Shown: piece by piece, positions 19,528 to 29,254 of the stretch
Layout of the letters: the number at the start of each line of letters is the position of its first letter
Position numbering within the stretch: position 1 is the first letter of the stretch
Assembly (NCBI GenBank): GCA_002449845.1
Contig: DJXW01000019.1
Span: forward strand, 21,174-85,173
Origin: Prevotella sp. UBA6994
GTDB lineage: Bacteria; Bacteroidota; Bacteroidia; Bacteroidales; Bacteroidaceae
Length of the DNA: 64,000 nucleotides
Direction: 5' to 3'
Translations under genes and position numbers: made by a program
The notes under the pieces: generated by a model
Told to the model about the DNA's origin: nothing
The model's input: the letters and a program-made list of their open reading frames with translations, nothing else
Databases searched by the model: none

Positions 19528-21252
19528 CTAAAATGAAACGCTGAATGAAGCTCCTAAAATCCATGTACTCATGTGCTTTTTCTTGTTGAAGACGTATGGC
19601 TTTGTGCCATTTTCTATGACTGAGGCAAGGTTGGCTAAGTTGGGTATGGCGGTCAAGATAAATTCATTAGGGGCATATTCCAATGTGAAGTTCTTTTTGG
19701 TATAATCATAGTCGCAGAACAACTTCCAACAATAATTGCCATTGTATGCGTAAGTCAATGAAAGGCCTGTGCCAAACGACGTGGAGGTGTTGCCTTTGAC
19801 GGTGAGGTAATCCCAATCAATGTCATAGTTTTGGTCGGTAGCCTTGATGTCCTTGATAGAAAATTTCTCCACCTCACCGTTATGGATAGCTGCATAACAG
19901 TCTGCGTCTTTGATGTTTCCTTTGAATTGTGCACTGATTTCGAGCGCTTGCATGAAACTGTTTCCTACAAGGAGTTTTGTGCCGATGGCAAAGCGGTCTG
20001 TGATGGGAAAGTTGAAATACAAACCTGCACTCGCAACAAACTCTGTCAAGTGGTCGCTTTCAATAGAAAATTGGTTTTCGGTGATAACATCTTTAAGGGA
20101 TCCAGTTATCTCTTCTGTGTCATCTCCTTCAAACCCGATGTCGTCGCTATTTGCGTGATACTTGAAAAAGTCAAGGTATTCTTGTTCGTTCTGAATGAAT
20201 GAGTTCCAACTGTTAATAGGTGTGGATACAACACGAAGTCTGCCGCCAATACCAATATATTTGTTTAGGAAATAAGCACCTTCAGCTTGCACTGCCGTTG
20301 ACTTGCGGAAATGGAGGTTCATGTCTTCGGGATCTTCAAAAAGGAAATCTTCATCTTCCCCTTGATTCAATTCTGTGCTGAAATCAATGTTCTCGAATGA
20401 GAATCCAATACCCATAGAGATGTCGAAGAAAGAGGGATGGTCACGGTCAAGTTTGGGATAGTTGGTAAGGTTGCCTCGCAAGAGATGCTTGTCTTTATAG
20501 ATAAGGTCGCTGAGAGCATACGCCAACTCTCCCGATAGGATACCGATACCCGCACCGGAAAGAACATCGCTCACCCAGTGGCGGTTGTTCAGTACACGCA
20601 TTACACCGGTGGCTGTGGCTGAACCGAAACCTAACAATGAATACCAAGGCGACCGTGTCAAACCGTATTCCTTGTGTAAGATAGTTGCACCGGCAAATGC
20701 CGTTGCCGTATGGCCCGATGGCCATGAGTTGCGAGTACTTCCGTCTGGGCGCATCTCACTTGCCGTATATTTGATTCCATTCACGAAGGCTGCCATGAGT
20801 CCGTAGGTCAATCCTGATGAAACCAACAGGCGTTGCCAATCGGAACGACCTTCTACACCAGCCAGCTTCAGACCAACGGTCAAGGCAGGACCAAGGAATT
20901 GGGTGTAGTTGTCTATCTCTGTCTTAAACTCAGTCAGCAATCTGGTTTTCTGATGAATGTTATCATAGTTTTGTCTAAACGATTCTTTTTCACCTTTGGC
21001 AATGATACCAGCCACGAAGATAGGCACTCCAGCCCAAGTGATGTCGTCTAAAGGCTTGAACGAGGGTGCACTTGGTTGGTTGATTTTTTGCATCAACAAC
21101 TTCGACGGGGTGGGGGAGAAGTTGAAACTGGTGGTATCTGAAGTGTACATAGACGATAATTTTGTGTCTGGTACGTTCATGTGCCAATCTTCTGCAGACA
21201 GGTGTAGGGGAAAACTACAAAGTATGGCTAAGATAAAGACTATATTTCTCAT
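19528..21252 (-). CDS. PAP2-family phosphatase fused to a C-terminal beta-barrel-like domain
   Basis: PAP2 motifs KYTASEMRPDG, WPSGHTA, RVLNNRHWVSDV within hydrophobic helices. The C-terminal roughly 300 aa have alternating beta-strand character and end ...ILGASFSVSF (terminal aromatic residue). Confidence 0.8.
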   Translation of the reverse strand: MRNIVFILAILCSFPLHLSAEDWHMNVPDTKLSSMYTSDTTSFNFSPTPSKLLMQKINQPSAPSFKPLDDITWAGVPIFVAGIIAKGEKESFRQNYDNIHQKTRLLTEFKTEIDNYTQFLGPALTVGLKLAGVEGRSDWQRLLVSSGLTYGLMAAFVNGIKYTASEMRPDGSTRNSWPSGHTATAFAGATILHKEYGLTRSPWYSLLGFGSATATGVMRVLNNRHWVSDVLSGAGIGILSGELAYALSDLIYKDKHLLRGNLTNYPKLDRDHPSFFDISMGIGFSFENIDFSTELNQGEDEDFLFEDPEDMNLHFRKSTAVQAEGAYFLNKYIGIGGRLRVVSTPINSWNSFIQNEQEYLDFFKYHANSDDIGFEGDDTEEITGSLKDVITENQFSIESDHLTEFVASAGLYFNFPITDRFAIGTKLLVGNSFMQALEISAQFKGNIKDADCYAAIHNGEVEKFSIKDIKATDQNYDIDWDYLTVKGNTSTSFGTGLSLTYAYNGNYCWKLFCDYDYTKKNFTLEYAPNEFILTAIPNLANLASVIENGTKPYVFNKKKHMSTWILGASFSVSF

Positions 21253-21500
21253 GACTAAACAATGTGTTTGTTGAGCGTAAATATGATGTTTAATATGTAA
21301 ATGTTTTATATCTGCAAAATTAATGTTTTAAATTGAATTATGAGACTTATCATGCAAAAATTCTTGACTATTATTGTCAAAAAGTTATTTTTGTTAGGAA
21401 AAAATTGTATTTTTGCAAAAAATAATTTGATTCAATTCATCACATTACGGAAAAGTTAAGGTTCATACACGTTTTTCATAAGACAGTTGCTTTAGTTGCT

Positions 21501-22547
21501 TTGCTCCTTGCATCGTTGTCATTGTATGCTGGTAACGGCAAGGGCAATCTCATACGACAATTGGGCAATCTCATCGACACGCTTACCGTGCGCGGTATTG
21601 ATAAGCAATATATTCATGTGCCGGAAAAGCCTTGGCAAGTCATGTTGAAGGGCAATGCGAATGAAATGAATCTGGATGTTGAGTCTTTTTACCGAGGTGA
21701 AGGTCTTGATTACAGATGGGATTCCAAACTGGAAACGGGAACGAGTAAGTCTTTCGGAGCTTGGGTAGGATACCGTGGATATGGACTTGGCTATCAGTTC
21801 ACGATAGGAAGCGTCGAGGGAGCAAATTTCAACTTTGGTGTTGGTGGCAGTACTTACACAATCAGATTGAATGTCCGCCGTTTTAAAACCTCAGAGACTG
21901 ATATCCGATTCAGGGGGGCTATTACTGATGAAGAAACCCCAGACTTTGATGATAAGGTGAAGATGGAAATGGACGAGCCTATCTTTGTCAAATCTACCCT
22001 TTTGGAAGGATATTACATGTTTAACGGCAAGCATTTTTCCAATACTGCTGGTTATGACCAATCTACCATACAATTGCGTTCAGCAGGTTCTGTGATAGTT
22101 GGTGCATCTTGGTTTACTGCCGATATAGACTATGCAGCCAATATCAATACCCTTTTTGTGATGATGATGAATAATATCGGTCGCATTAAGGTCAACCAAT
22201 TGAACATCGGTGCTGGATATGCTTATAATTGGGTTCCAGCCAAGGGGTGGCTTGTCAATGCCATGTTTATGCCCTCCTTAGCTGCTGTTAACCGACTGAA
22301 AATGTGGAACTATGATATTAATCCTAATCTTGATAAGGATGAACCTTTGCTTGTGCCAAAGGACGTTACTGTAAGCCACAGCCGATTGAAGGTCAATCTT
22401 GCAGGATGGCTTACTCTCGTGTATAACCACAAGGATTGGTTTGCCACCCTCAAAGGCCAATGGAATCAGTTTACGTACAAACGCAATGATTCCAATGGTC
22501 AACTTTCCAATTGGTATGTGAATGTAGGAATCGGAAAGAGATTCTGA
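21501..22547 (+). CDS. Putative outer-membrane beta-barrel protein (DUF4421-like)
   Basis: 348 aa with alternating beta-strand pattern, ending GIGKRF. The family assignment is from memory and tentative. The start is uncertain (TTG), and the hydrophobic signal-like segment continues upstream in frame. Confidence 0.65.
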   Translation: MLLASLSLYAGNGKGNLIRQLGNLIDTLTVRGIDKQYIHVPEKPWQVMLKGNANEMNLDVESFYRGEGLDYRWDSKLETGTSKSFGAWVGYRGYGLGYQFTIGSVEGANFNFGVGGSTYTIRLNVRRFKTSETDIRFRGAITDEETPDFDDKVKMEMDEPIFVKSTLLEGYYMFNGKHFSNTAGYDQSTIQLRSAGSVIVGASWFTADIDYAANINTLFVMMMNNIGRIKVNQLNIGAGYAYNWVPAKGWLVNAMFMPSLAAVNRLKMWNYDINPNLDKDEPLLVPKDVTVSHSRLKVNLAGWLTLVYNHKDWFATLKGQWNQFTYKRNDSNGQLSNWYVNVGIGKRF

Positions 22548-22561
22548 TAGTCCTTGATGAC

Positions 22562-23176
22562 TTATTCCTTAGGCTCCTCGTCGATGGCTGCCATGAATTG
22601 CGAAATTTCATCGGGAGTCATGAACTGAGACAGTTGCTCTTCAATAAGTCCCGCACGACTGGTACCTTTGGCGCTCTTGATCATCTTGATGATGCTGATG
22701 ATGGTTTGTAAGATGCCTCCTGCACCCGCATTGTTGCTTCCACCAAGTCCGATACCCAACTTGCCCAGGATGTCGCCAATGTCGATAGATGGGGCAGATG
22801 CTTCCTGACTCTCGCTTTCCTCCTTTTGTCCGGTAGGAATGGGAATGGCAGAACCACCAAGGACAATCTTTTTCAAGATGTCTCCAATGTCAAAGCCTTC
22901 CATAGACGGAATATTGAAACCACTGTCTGTTTCGGCAGACGGTGAACCTTGATTCCTTCCGTTGGCAATGTCGTCCAGCTCGTCGCCAATGTCAAAAGGA
23001 TTGTTGCTTCCTCCTGCATTCGGGAAACTTGTTTGTGTACCGGATGGATTCACAGATGCTTGTGGCTGTTCTCCATCATTGTTGTCGTTGGCAATGGTTT
23101 TCTTGATGATGCTGCCTAAGATGGAACCATCACCAGAAGTTGCGCTTTTTAAGATTTCTTCTAATAGACTTCCCAT
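22562..23176 (-). CDS. Hypothetical low-complexity acidic protein
   Basis: 204 aa with no signal peptide. Repeated D-I-G-D-(E/I)-L motifs (FDIGDELDDI, FDIGDILKKI, IDIGDILGKL). No family recognised. Confidence 0.6.
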   Translation of the reverse strand: MGSLLEEILKSATSGDGSILGSIIKKTIANDNNDGEQPQASVNPSGTQTSFPNAGGSNNPFDIGDELDDIANGRNQGSPSAETDSGFNIPSMEGFDIGDILKKIVLGGSAIPIPTGQKEESESQEASAPSIDIGDILGKLGIGLGGSNNAGAGGILQTIISIIKMIKSAKGTSRAGLIEEQLSQFMTPDEISQFMAAIDEEPKE

Positions 23177-23343
23177 GATAATTGTTTAAAGTAGAACAAA
23201 ATGTATAATAATGTTACAAAAATAGGAATAATTTTTCAATAACAACTAAATCCCGTCAAAAAAATGTCGAAATCATTATAAAGGTTTGTACTTTTGCGAA
23301 AAAGTGATTATCTTTGTGCGTTTTTTGTGACAATACATAAAGT

Positions 23344-23814
23344 ATGGATAAACAGGCGAAGGAAGATGTAAGGCAAATACTTGCCGCATATCTTGAGACG
23401 AACAATCGTCGCAAGACCCCAGAACGTTTTGCCATACTCGATGCCGTGTATAGTATGCGAGGACATTTCACGTTGGATGAGTTGAGCGATTATCTCTTGG
23501 CTCATAACTTCCGCGTGAGCAGGGCAACGCTATACAGTACCATCAAATTGTTATACGAAGTGCGTCTCGTCATTCCCCATCACATGCAAGAGGGCACCAT
23601 GTATGAGGCGTGTTACAAGAATGGTGACCATATTCACCAGATTTGTACGGTATGTGGGAAGGTTACTGAGGTGAAATCGCCAGAGGTGATGGCAGTGTTA
23701 GACGAAATCAAGCTCAAGCGTTTTCGTAAGAATGCCTTTTCATTATATATATATGGTATATGCAGTTCTTGTCAGGCGAGGATAACTCGGTTGAAGGGAA
23801 AATCGAATAAATAA
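23344..23814 (+). CDS. Fur-family transcriptional regulator
   Basis: 156 aa. Winged-helix N-terminus, then HICTVCGKVTEV...ICSSC (two CxxC pairs). The subtype (Fur/Zur/PerR) cannot be assigned. Confidence 0.85.
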   Translation: MDKQAKEDVRQILAAYLETNNRRKTPERFAILDAVYSMRGHFTLDELSDYLLAHNFRVSRATLYSTIKLLYEVRLVIPHHMQEGTMYEACYKNGDHIHQICTVCGKVTEVKSPEVMAVLDEIKLKRFRKNAFSLYIYGICSSCQARITRLKGKSNK

Positions 23815-23839
23815 ACGGTTGTAACTTAACTTTGAATAA

Positions 23840-25114
23840 ATGAAAACAGGTAAAGTGGATGTCTTGCTGGGATTGCAGTGGGGCGATGAAGGTAAAGGAA
23901 AGGTTGTGGATGTACTGACACCTCATTACGATGTGGTAGCTCGATTCCAGGGTGGTCCCAATGCAGGACATACATTGGAGTTTGAAGGTCAGAAATATGT
24001 GTTGAGAAGTATTCCCTCTGGAATATTCCAAGGTGGAAAGGTGAATATCATTGGCAATGGAGTGGTACTGGCACCTGACCTTTTCATGGCGGAGGCTCGT
24101 GATTTGGAGAAAAGTGGCCACGACTTGCGTTCACGTCTGCACATATCCAAGAAGGCTCACTTGATAATGCCCACTCATCGGGTGTTGGATGCTGCCATTG
24201 AAGCATCAAAGGGTAAGAGTAAGGTGGGTACCACTGGAAAGGGTATCGGTCCTACATACACCGACAAGATAAGCCGCAACGGTTTGAGGGTAGGGGATAT
24301 CCTTGAAAACTTTGACGAAAAATATGCTGCGCATAAAGCTCGCCATCTTGCCATGTTGAAGTCTATGAACTATACTGATTTCGACATTACCGAGGTGGAG
24401 AAGACTTGGATGGAAGGCATTGAATACATGAAACAGTTCCCCATCGTTGACAGCGAGCATGAGGTGAATGGCTTGTTGCGTGAAGGTAAGAGCATTCTTT
24501 GTGAAGGTGCGCAAGGCACGATGCTCGATATAGACTTTGGCAGTTATCCATTCGTCACATCCTCCAATACCATCTGCGCAGGTGCTTGCACGGGATTGGG
24601 CATTGGTCCGAACCGTATCGGAGAGGTGTTTGGTATCATGAAGGCTTATTGCACACGCGTTGGCGCAGGTCCTTTCCCAACGGAATTGTTTGACGAGACA
24701 GGCAAACGCATTCGCGACTTAGGTCATGAGTATGGTGCCGTGACGGGTCGTGAACGTCGTTGTGGATGGATAGACCTTGTGGCTCTGCGCTATTCTATCA
24801 TGGTGAATGGTGTCACGCAATTGATTATGATGAAGAGTGATGTGCTGGATGGATTCGACACCATCAAGGCTTGCGTGGCTTACGAGCATCAGGGAGAACG
24901 CATCGACTATTTCCCATATAATATTGAGGAAGACATCAAACCTGTGTATGTGGAAATGCCTGGATGGAAGACCGATATGAGCAAGATGACAAGCGAGGAG
25001 CAATTCCCGAAGGCATTTAGTGACTATGTGAAATTCTTGGAAGAGCAATTGGAAACTCCTATCACGATTATCTCTATTGGCCCTGACAGGGAGCAGACAA
25101 TTATTAGAAAATAA
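23840..25114 (+). CDS. purA: Adenylosuccinate synthase
   Basis: LGLQWGDEGKGKVVD P-loop, GPNAGHT, TTGKGIGPTY, GTTGRERRCGW-type block (AVTGRERRCGW). Confidence 0.96.
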   Translation: MKTGKVDVLLGLQWGDEGKGKVVDVLTPHYDVVARFQGGPNAGHTLEFEGQKYVLRSIPSGIFQGGKVNIIGNGVVLAPDLFMAEARDLEKSGHDLRSRLHISKKAHLIMPTHRVLDAAIEASKGKSKVGTTGKGIGPTYTDKISRNGLRVGDILENFDEKYAAHKARHLAMLKSMNYTDFDITEVEKTWMEGIEYMKQFPIVDSEHEVNGLLREGKSILCEGAQGTMLDIDFGSYPFVTSSNTICAGACTGLGIGPNRIGEVFGIMKAYCTRVGAGPFPTELFDETGKRIRDLGHEYGAVTGRERRCGWIDLVALRYSIMVNGVTQLIMMKSDVLDGFDTIKACVAYEHQGERIDYFPYNIEEDIKPVYVEMPGWKTDMSKMTSEEQFPKAFSDYVKFLEEQLETPITIISIGPDREQTIIRK

Positions 25115-25122
25115 TCGGAGGG

Positions 25123-25180
25123 CTCGGAGTTCTCAGAGTTCTCAGAGTCCTCAGAGTTCTCGGAGTTCTCAGAGTTCTCC
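25123..25180. repeat. 9-bp tandem repeat (CTCRGAGTY, 6 full copies) filling the purA-hisS spacer
   Basis: ctcggagtt ctcagagtt ctcagagtc ctcagagtt ctcggagtt ctcagagtt, read directly from the sequence. Confidence 0.95.
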
Positions 25181-25203
25181 GAAAAATCAAAAAACAATAA
25201 ACA

Positions 25204-26568
25204 ATGGCAAATAAACCCAGTATTCCCAAAGGAACAAGAGATTTTTCGCCAATAGAAATGGCGAAACGCAATTATATTTTCGATACCATCAAGGAAGTGT
25301 ATGCTCTCTATGGCTTTGAACAGATAGAGACACCTGCCATGGAAACGCTGCATACGTTGATGGGCAAGTATGGAGAAGAGGGAGATAAACTGCTCTTCAA
25401 AGTACTTAATTCTGGTGATTACATCAGTAAGGTTACTGATGAGGAATTGCAAGGGCGCAATTCCTTGAAATTGGCTACCAAGTTGTGCGAGAAGGGTTTG
25501 AGATATGATCTCACCGTTCCCTTTGCACGTTATGTGGTGATGCACCGTGAAGAACTTCAATTGCCTTTCAAGCGTTACCAAATTCAACCCGTGTGGCGTG
25601 CTGATCGTCCGCAAAAAGGACGTTATCGTGAGTTTTACCAGTGCGACGCTGACGTAGTGGGAAGCGACTCGTTGCTTAACGAAGTGGAGTTGATGCAGAT
25701 CATCGACACCGTGTTCACTAAGTTTGGCATTCGTGTGCAGATCAAGATCAACAATCGTAAAATCCTCACGGGTATTGCTGAGGTGATAGGTGAGGCGGAT
25801 AAGATTGTGGATATTACGGTGGCGATTGACAAGTTGGATAAGATTGGCATTGACAACGTGAATGCCGAACTGAGTGCCAACGGTATCAGCGATGAGGCGA
25901 TTGCCAAACTTCAACCTATCATCTCATTGAGTGGAACCAACGACCAAAAGCTGGATACCATTGCAGAGGTGTTGGCTACATCTGAAATTGGATTGAAAGG
26001 TGTTGAGGAAATCCGTTTCATCTTGAATATGCTCAAGTCGGCTGGCTTGAACAATGAGATTCAATTAGACTTGACCTTGGCTCGTGGTTTGAACTATTAC
26101 ACTGGTGCTATCTTTGAGGTGAAGGCTCTTGACACGCCGATGGGTAGTATAACGGGAGGTGGCCGATATGACAACCTGACGGGCATCTTCGGAATGCCAG
26201 GTTTGAGCGGAGTGGGCTTTAGCTTTGGTGCAGACCGTATTTATGACGTGCTGAACGCATTGGATTTGTATCCGAAGGAGACCATCCACGCCACACAAGT
26301 GTTGTTTATCAACTTCGGTGAAAAGGAAACGGCATTCTGTATCCCCTTGATTGCGCAGTTGCGTAAGGCAGGCATCAGAACGGAAATCTATCCTGATGCC
26401 GTGAAGATGAAAAAACAAATGAGCTACGCCAATGCCAAGCAGATTCCTTTCGTGGTATTGGTGGGCGAGAATGAAATGAGCACTGGCAAAGTGACGTTGA
26501 AAAACATGTCAACGGGAGAACAGATGCAAGTGGGTGTTGATGAAATTATCGAACAGGTATCTAAATAA
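25204..26568 (+). CDS. hisS: Histidine--tRNA ligase
   Basis: [52 protein letters not shown]. Class II HisRS motifs. Confidence 0.96.
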   Translation: MANKPSIPKGTRDFSPIEMAKRNYIFDTIKEVYALYGFEQIETPAMETLHTLMGKYGEEGDKLLFKVLNSGDYISKVTDEELQGRNSLKLATKLCEKGLRYDLTVPFARYVVMHREELQLPFKRYQIQPVWRADRPQKGRYREFYQCDADVVGSDSLLNEVELMQIIDTVFTKFGIRVQIKINNRKILTGIAEVIGEADKIVDITVAIDKLDKIGIDNVNAELSANGISDEAIAKLQPIISLSGTNDQKLDTIAEVLATSEIGLKGVEEIRFILNMLKSAGLNNEIQLDLTLARGLNYYTGAIFEVKALDTPMGSITGGGRYDNLTGIFGMPGLSGVGFSFGADRIYDVLNALDLYPKETIHATQVLFINFGEKETAFCIPLIAQLRKAGIRTEIYPDAVKMKKQMSYANAKQIPFVVLVGENEMSTGKVTLKNMSTGEQMQVGVDEIIEQVSK

Positions 26569-26575
26569 CATCATC

Positions 26576-27565
26576 ATGAAAAAGATAAGTGCGTTTTTTG
26601 TCGTGACGTTATTTTGCATGTTGCTTACGTCATCAACAAAGCAAATCACCATATTCATCATTGGTGATTCTACTGCTGCGAATAAATCGAATTACAAGAC
26701 CAATCCTGAAAGGGGATGGGGTATGGTGTTGCAAGGGTTTTATGATGCACGTATTCTGGTGGATAATCATGCTGTCAACGGACAGTCATCAAAGAGTTTT
26801 ATCGATGATGGACGATGGAAGAAGGTGATTGACAAGGTAAAGCCAGGCGACTACGTGTTTATCCAATTTGGGCACAATGACGAGAAACCCAATCCCAAAC
26901 GTCATACAGACCCTGGCTCAACGTTCGATGATAATCTGCGGAAGTTCTGTCGTGAAACCATGGCAAAGGGTGGACATCCTGTGTTGTTCAATGCCGTGGT
27001 TCGTAGGAACTTCATGCGCAAGGTTGACTCAACGGTTGAGGATGAATCGTTGCGTAGCGTGAAATATGGCGATGAGGAAGTCAATAGCGACACGTTGATA
27101 GATACGCATGGGGCTTATCTCTTCCCACCTAAGTATATTGCCAAGGAGTTAGGTGTGCCTTTCGTTGATGCAAACCGTGTGACTCACGATATCGAACAGG
27201 GAATGGGCATTGAGGGTTCTCGTAAATTGCACATGTGGCTGAAGCCTGGAGAGGTAGAGAGCATTCCAGATGGACGCAAAGACAATACGCATTATAATAT
27301 ATATGGTGCAAGGGTGGTAGCGGAGGCTTTGGCTAAGGCAATCGCTCAGGAAGTTCCTGCCTTGAAAAAATATATCATCCATTATGATTACGTGGTATCT
27401 GAGAAGGGAAAAGGCAATTATCTCACGTTGCAAGATGCCGTGAATGCTGCTCCTATGGGCAAGAAAACCAAGATATTGATATTAGACGGCACATGGGAGA
27501 AACCAGTGATTCCACAAGGAAAGAAAATTCGATTCAAGACTTTCCCAGAGGCGAAGGTTAAATAG
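26576..27565 (+). CDS. SGNH/GDSL hydrolase (rhamnogalacturonan acetylesterase-like) with a short pectinesterase-like C-terminal tail
   Basis: Start at the ATG at 26576 (MKKISAFFVVTLFCMLL). Motifs: IFIIGDSTA (block I), GWG, QFGHNDE (block III), DNTHYN (block V). Confidence 0.85.
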   Translation: MKKISAFFVVTLFCMLLTSSTKQITIFIIGDSTAANKSNYKTNPERGWGMVLQGFYDARILVDNHAVNGQSSKSFIDDGRWKKVIDKVKPGDYVFIQFGHNDEKPNPKRHTDPGSTFDDNLRKFCRETMAKGGHPVLFNAVVRRNFMRKVDSTVEDESLRSVKYGDEEVNSDTLIDTHGAYLFPPKYIAKELGVPFVDANRVTHDIEQGMGIEGSRKLHMWLKPGEVESIPDGRKDNTHYNIYGARVVAEALAKAIAQEVPALKKYIIHYDYVVSEKGKGNYLTLQDAVNAAPMGKKTKILILDGTWEKPVIPQGKKIRFKTFPEAKVK

Positions 27566-27606
27566 ATTGAGAATTGAAGATTGATAATTGAAGATTGAAG
27601 ATTTGG
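27565..27606. repeat. Heptanucleotide tandem array (RATTGAN x6)
   Basis: gattgag aattgaa gattgat aattgaa gattgaa gatttgg, beginning at the last base of the esterase stop codon. Confidence 0.9.
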
Positions 27607-27669
27607 GAGTTAAAACAATAGGTTGATGATTCACGAAACGAACCTACTGCTTTAACTCCTAAATTTTTT
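27605..27669 (+). terminator. Rho-independent terminator
   Basis: GGGAGTTAAA..TAGGTT / AACCTA..TTTAACTCC long stem followed by TAAATTTTTT. Confidence 0.6.
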
Positions 27670-27858
27670 GTTACTATATCCCTACAACTTGTGGTTGATG
27701 CGAAAAAACTGATTAACGAAATTTTTATTTGAACTATATGTCAAATGCGTAATTTAAGTTAATGAATTATAAAATTTAGAGGTAAAATCTTTGATTTGTT
27801 TTAATTTGTGTAAATTTACAAAATAAATCCAACATGTTTTACCTAACAATATAACTTT

Positions 27859-29229
27859 ATGAAAAGAGTAGTTTTTTTTCTGATGTTCCTGAGTTTAGGA
27901 ATCATGGGTGCAAAGGCACAGAAGTATCACTATGACGTGAATCATGACGGTGGTGTGAATATCACCGATGTTATATTTGTGGTTAACAAAATACTTGGCA
28001 ACAAGAACCCTGATGACTTGAACAAGGGTGAGGCTGTTTCTCTTGGATTGCCCAGCGGTACGTTGTGGGCAACCTATAACGTAGGTGCCGACAAACCAGA
28101 AGGGTTTGGCGACCATTATGCTTTTGGAGAGACAGAGGTGAAAAATTATTTCGACTGGAATAATTATACTCATTGTGACGGTACTGAGGAAACATGCCAT
28201 CGTCTTGGCGACATCAGTGGAACACAATATGACGTGGCGCGGAAACAATGGGGTGGCAATTGGCGAATACCTACCATTAACGAATGGCAGGAACTGGTTA
28301 AGTATTGTACTTACGAATGGACTACTTATCAAGGCGTTGTGGGGGCGAAGTTGACAAGTGTCTTCAATAACAAAAGCATCTTCCTTCCTGCCGCTGGTGC
28401 TTCTTGGGAAGATGATATCTACGATGTCGGTAAAGATGGGGGCTATTATTCTTCTACACAATACACAAGAAATTTGAATCTAGCTTGGAACGTCTGGTCT
28501 TTTGCTGATGATATATACAGTGATATGCTCACCAAGATCGCCTACGGTAGGAGTGTCCGTCCCGTTGTAGGAATTGATCAGATCAATCACTATGATGTGA
28601 ACGATGATGGCGACGTGAACATCACCGATGCTATATTTTTGGTCAATAAAATACTTGGCAACAAAAATCCTGGCGAAAACTACTTGGCTGAAGCTGTTGA
28701 CCTAGGTCTGCCAAGTGGTACGAAATGGTCAAACTTCAATCTTGGTGCGACCAAGCCCGAACAGGCTGGTGATTATTATGCTTGGGGTGAGACGATGAAG
28801 AAAAACAAGTATTCACTAAACACGTATCAGCATTACCAAAATAGCAAATATGCGAATATCGGCTCTGACATTAGTGGTACACAATATGATGTGGTACGTG
28901 AGAAATTGGGCGGAAAATGGTGTATGCCCACAGTTGCTGACATTGAGGAATTGCTTGCTAATTGCAGTACTATGTGGACAACACTCAATGGTGTGTCTGG
29001 CATGAGGTTTACAAGCAATATAAACGGGAAAAGTATTTTCTTGCCTGCAGCTGGTAGGTATGTCGAGAGCAGTGTCAGCGATGGTGGCAATCGTGCTTAT
29101 TATTGGTCTTCTACTCGTGCCACAGAATATCAAAATGCTTCCTTCACATTGGATTTTAATTCAACTGGTGCTTTTGAGGACATCGAAGTAATTGTCTATG
29201 GGAAGCCCATCCGACCTGTATTGAAATAA
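27859..29229 (+). CDS. Secreted protein with two tandem [dockerin-like Ca-binding repeat + DUF1566/FISUMP-like] modules
   Basis: Signal peptide. YDVNHDGGVNITDVIFVVNKILGNKNP and YDVNDDGDVNITDAIFLVNKILGNKNP (dockerin type I-like). Each is followed by LGLPSGT.W...N.GA.KPE..GD.YA.GET...W.(I/M)PT...ELL, which resembles the Fibrobacter major paralogous / Lcl C-terminal domain. Confidence 0.8.
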   Translation: MKRVVFFLMFLSLGIMGAKAQKYHYDVNHDGGVNITDVIFVVNKILGNKNPDDLNKGEAVSLGLPSGTLWATYNVGADKPEGFGDHYAFGETEVKNYFDWNNYTHCDGTEETCHRLGDISGTQYDVARKQWGGNWRIPTINEWQELVKYCTYEWTTYQGVVGAKLTSVFNNKSIFLPAAGASWEDDIYDVGKDGGYYSSTQYTRNLNLAWNVWSFADDIYSDMLTKIAYGRSVRPVVGIDQINHYDVNDDGDVNITDAIFLVNKILGNKNPGENYLAEAVDLGLPSGTKWSNFNLGATKPEQAGDYYAWGETMKKNKYSLNTYQHYQNSKYANIGSDISGTQYDVVREKLGGKWCMPTVADIEELLANCSTMWTTLNGVSGMRFTSNINGKSIFLPAAGRYVESSVSDGGNRAYYWSSTRATEYQNASFTLDFNSTGAFEDIEVIVYGKPIRPVLK

Positions 29230-29254
29230 AGGAGGATGGAAAAAGAAGTGATGG

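Noticed and set aside
25024-25914. 296-aa minus-strand ORF containing FSENSENSENSEDSENSENSE.
   Set aside because: It is antisense to hisS. The SENSE repeat is just the 9-bp intergenic tandem repeat read through in an open frame.
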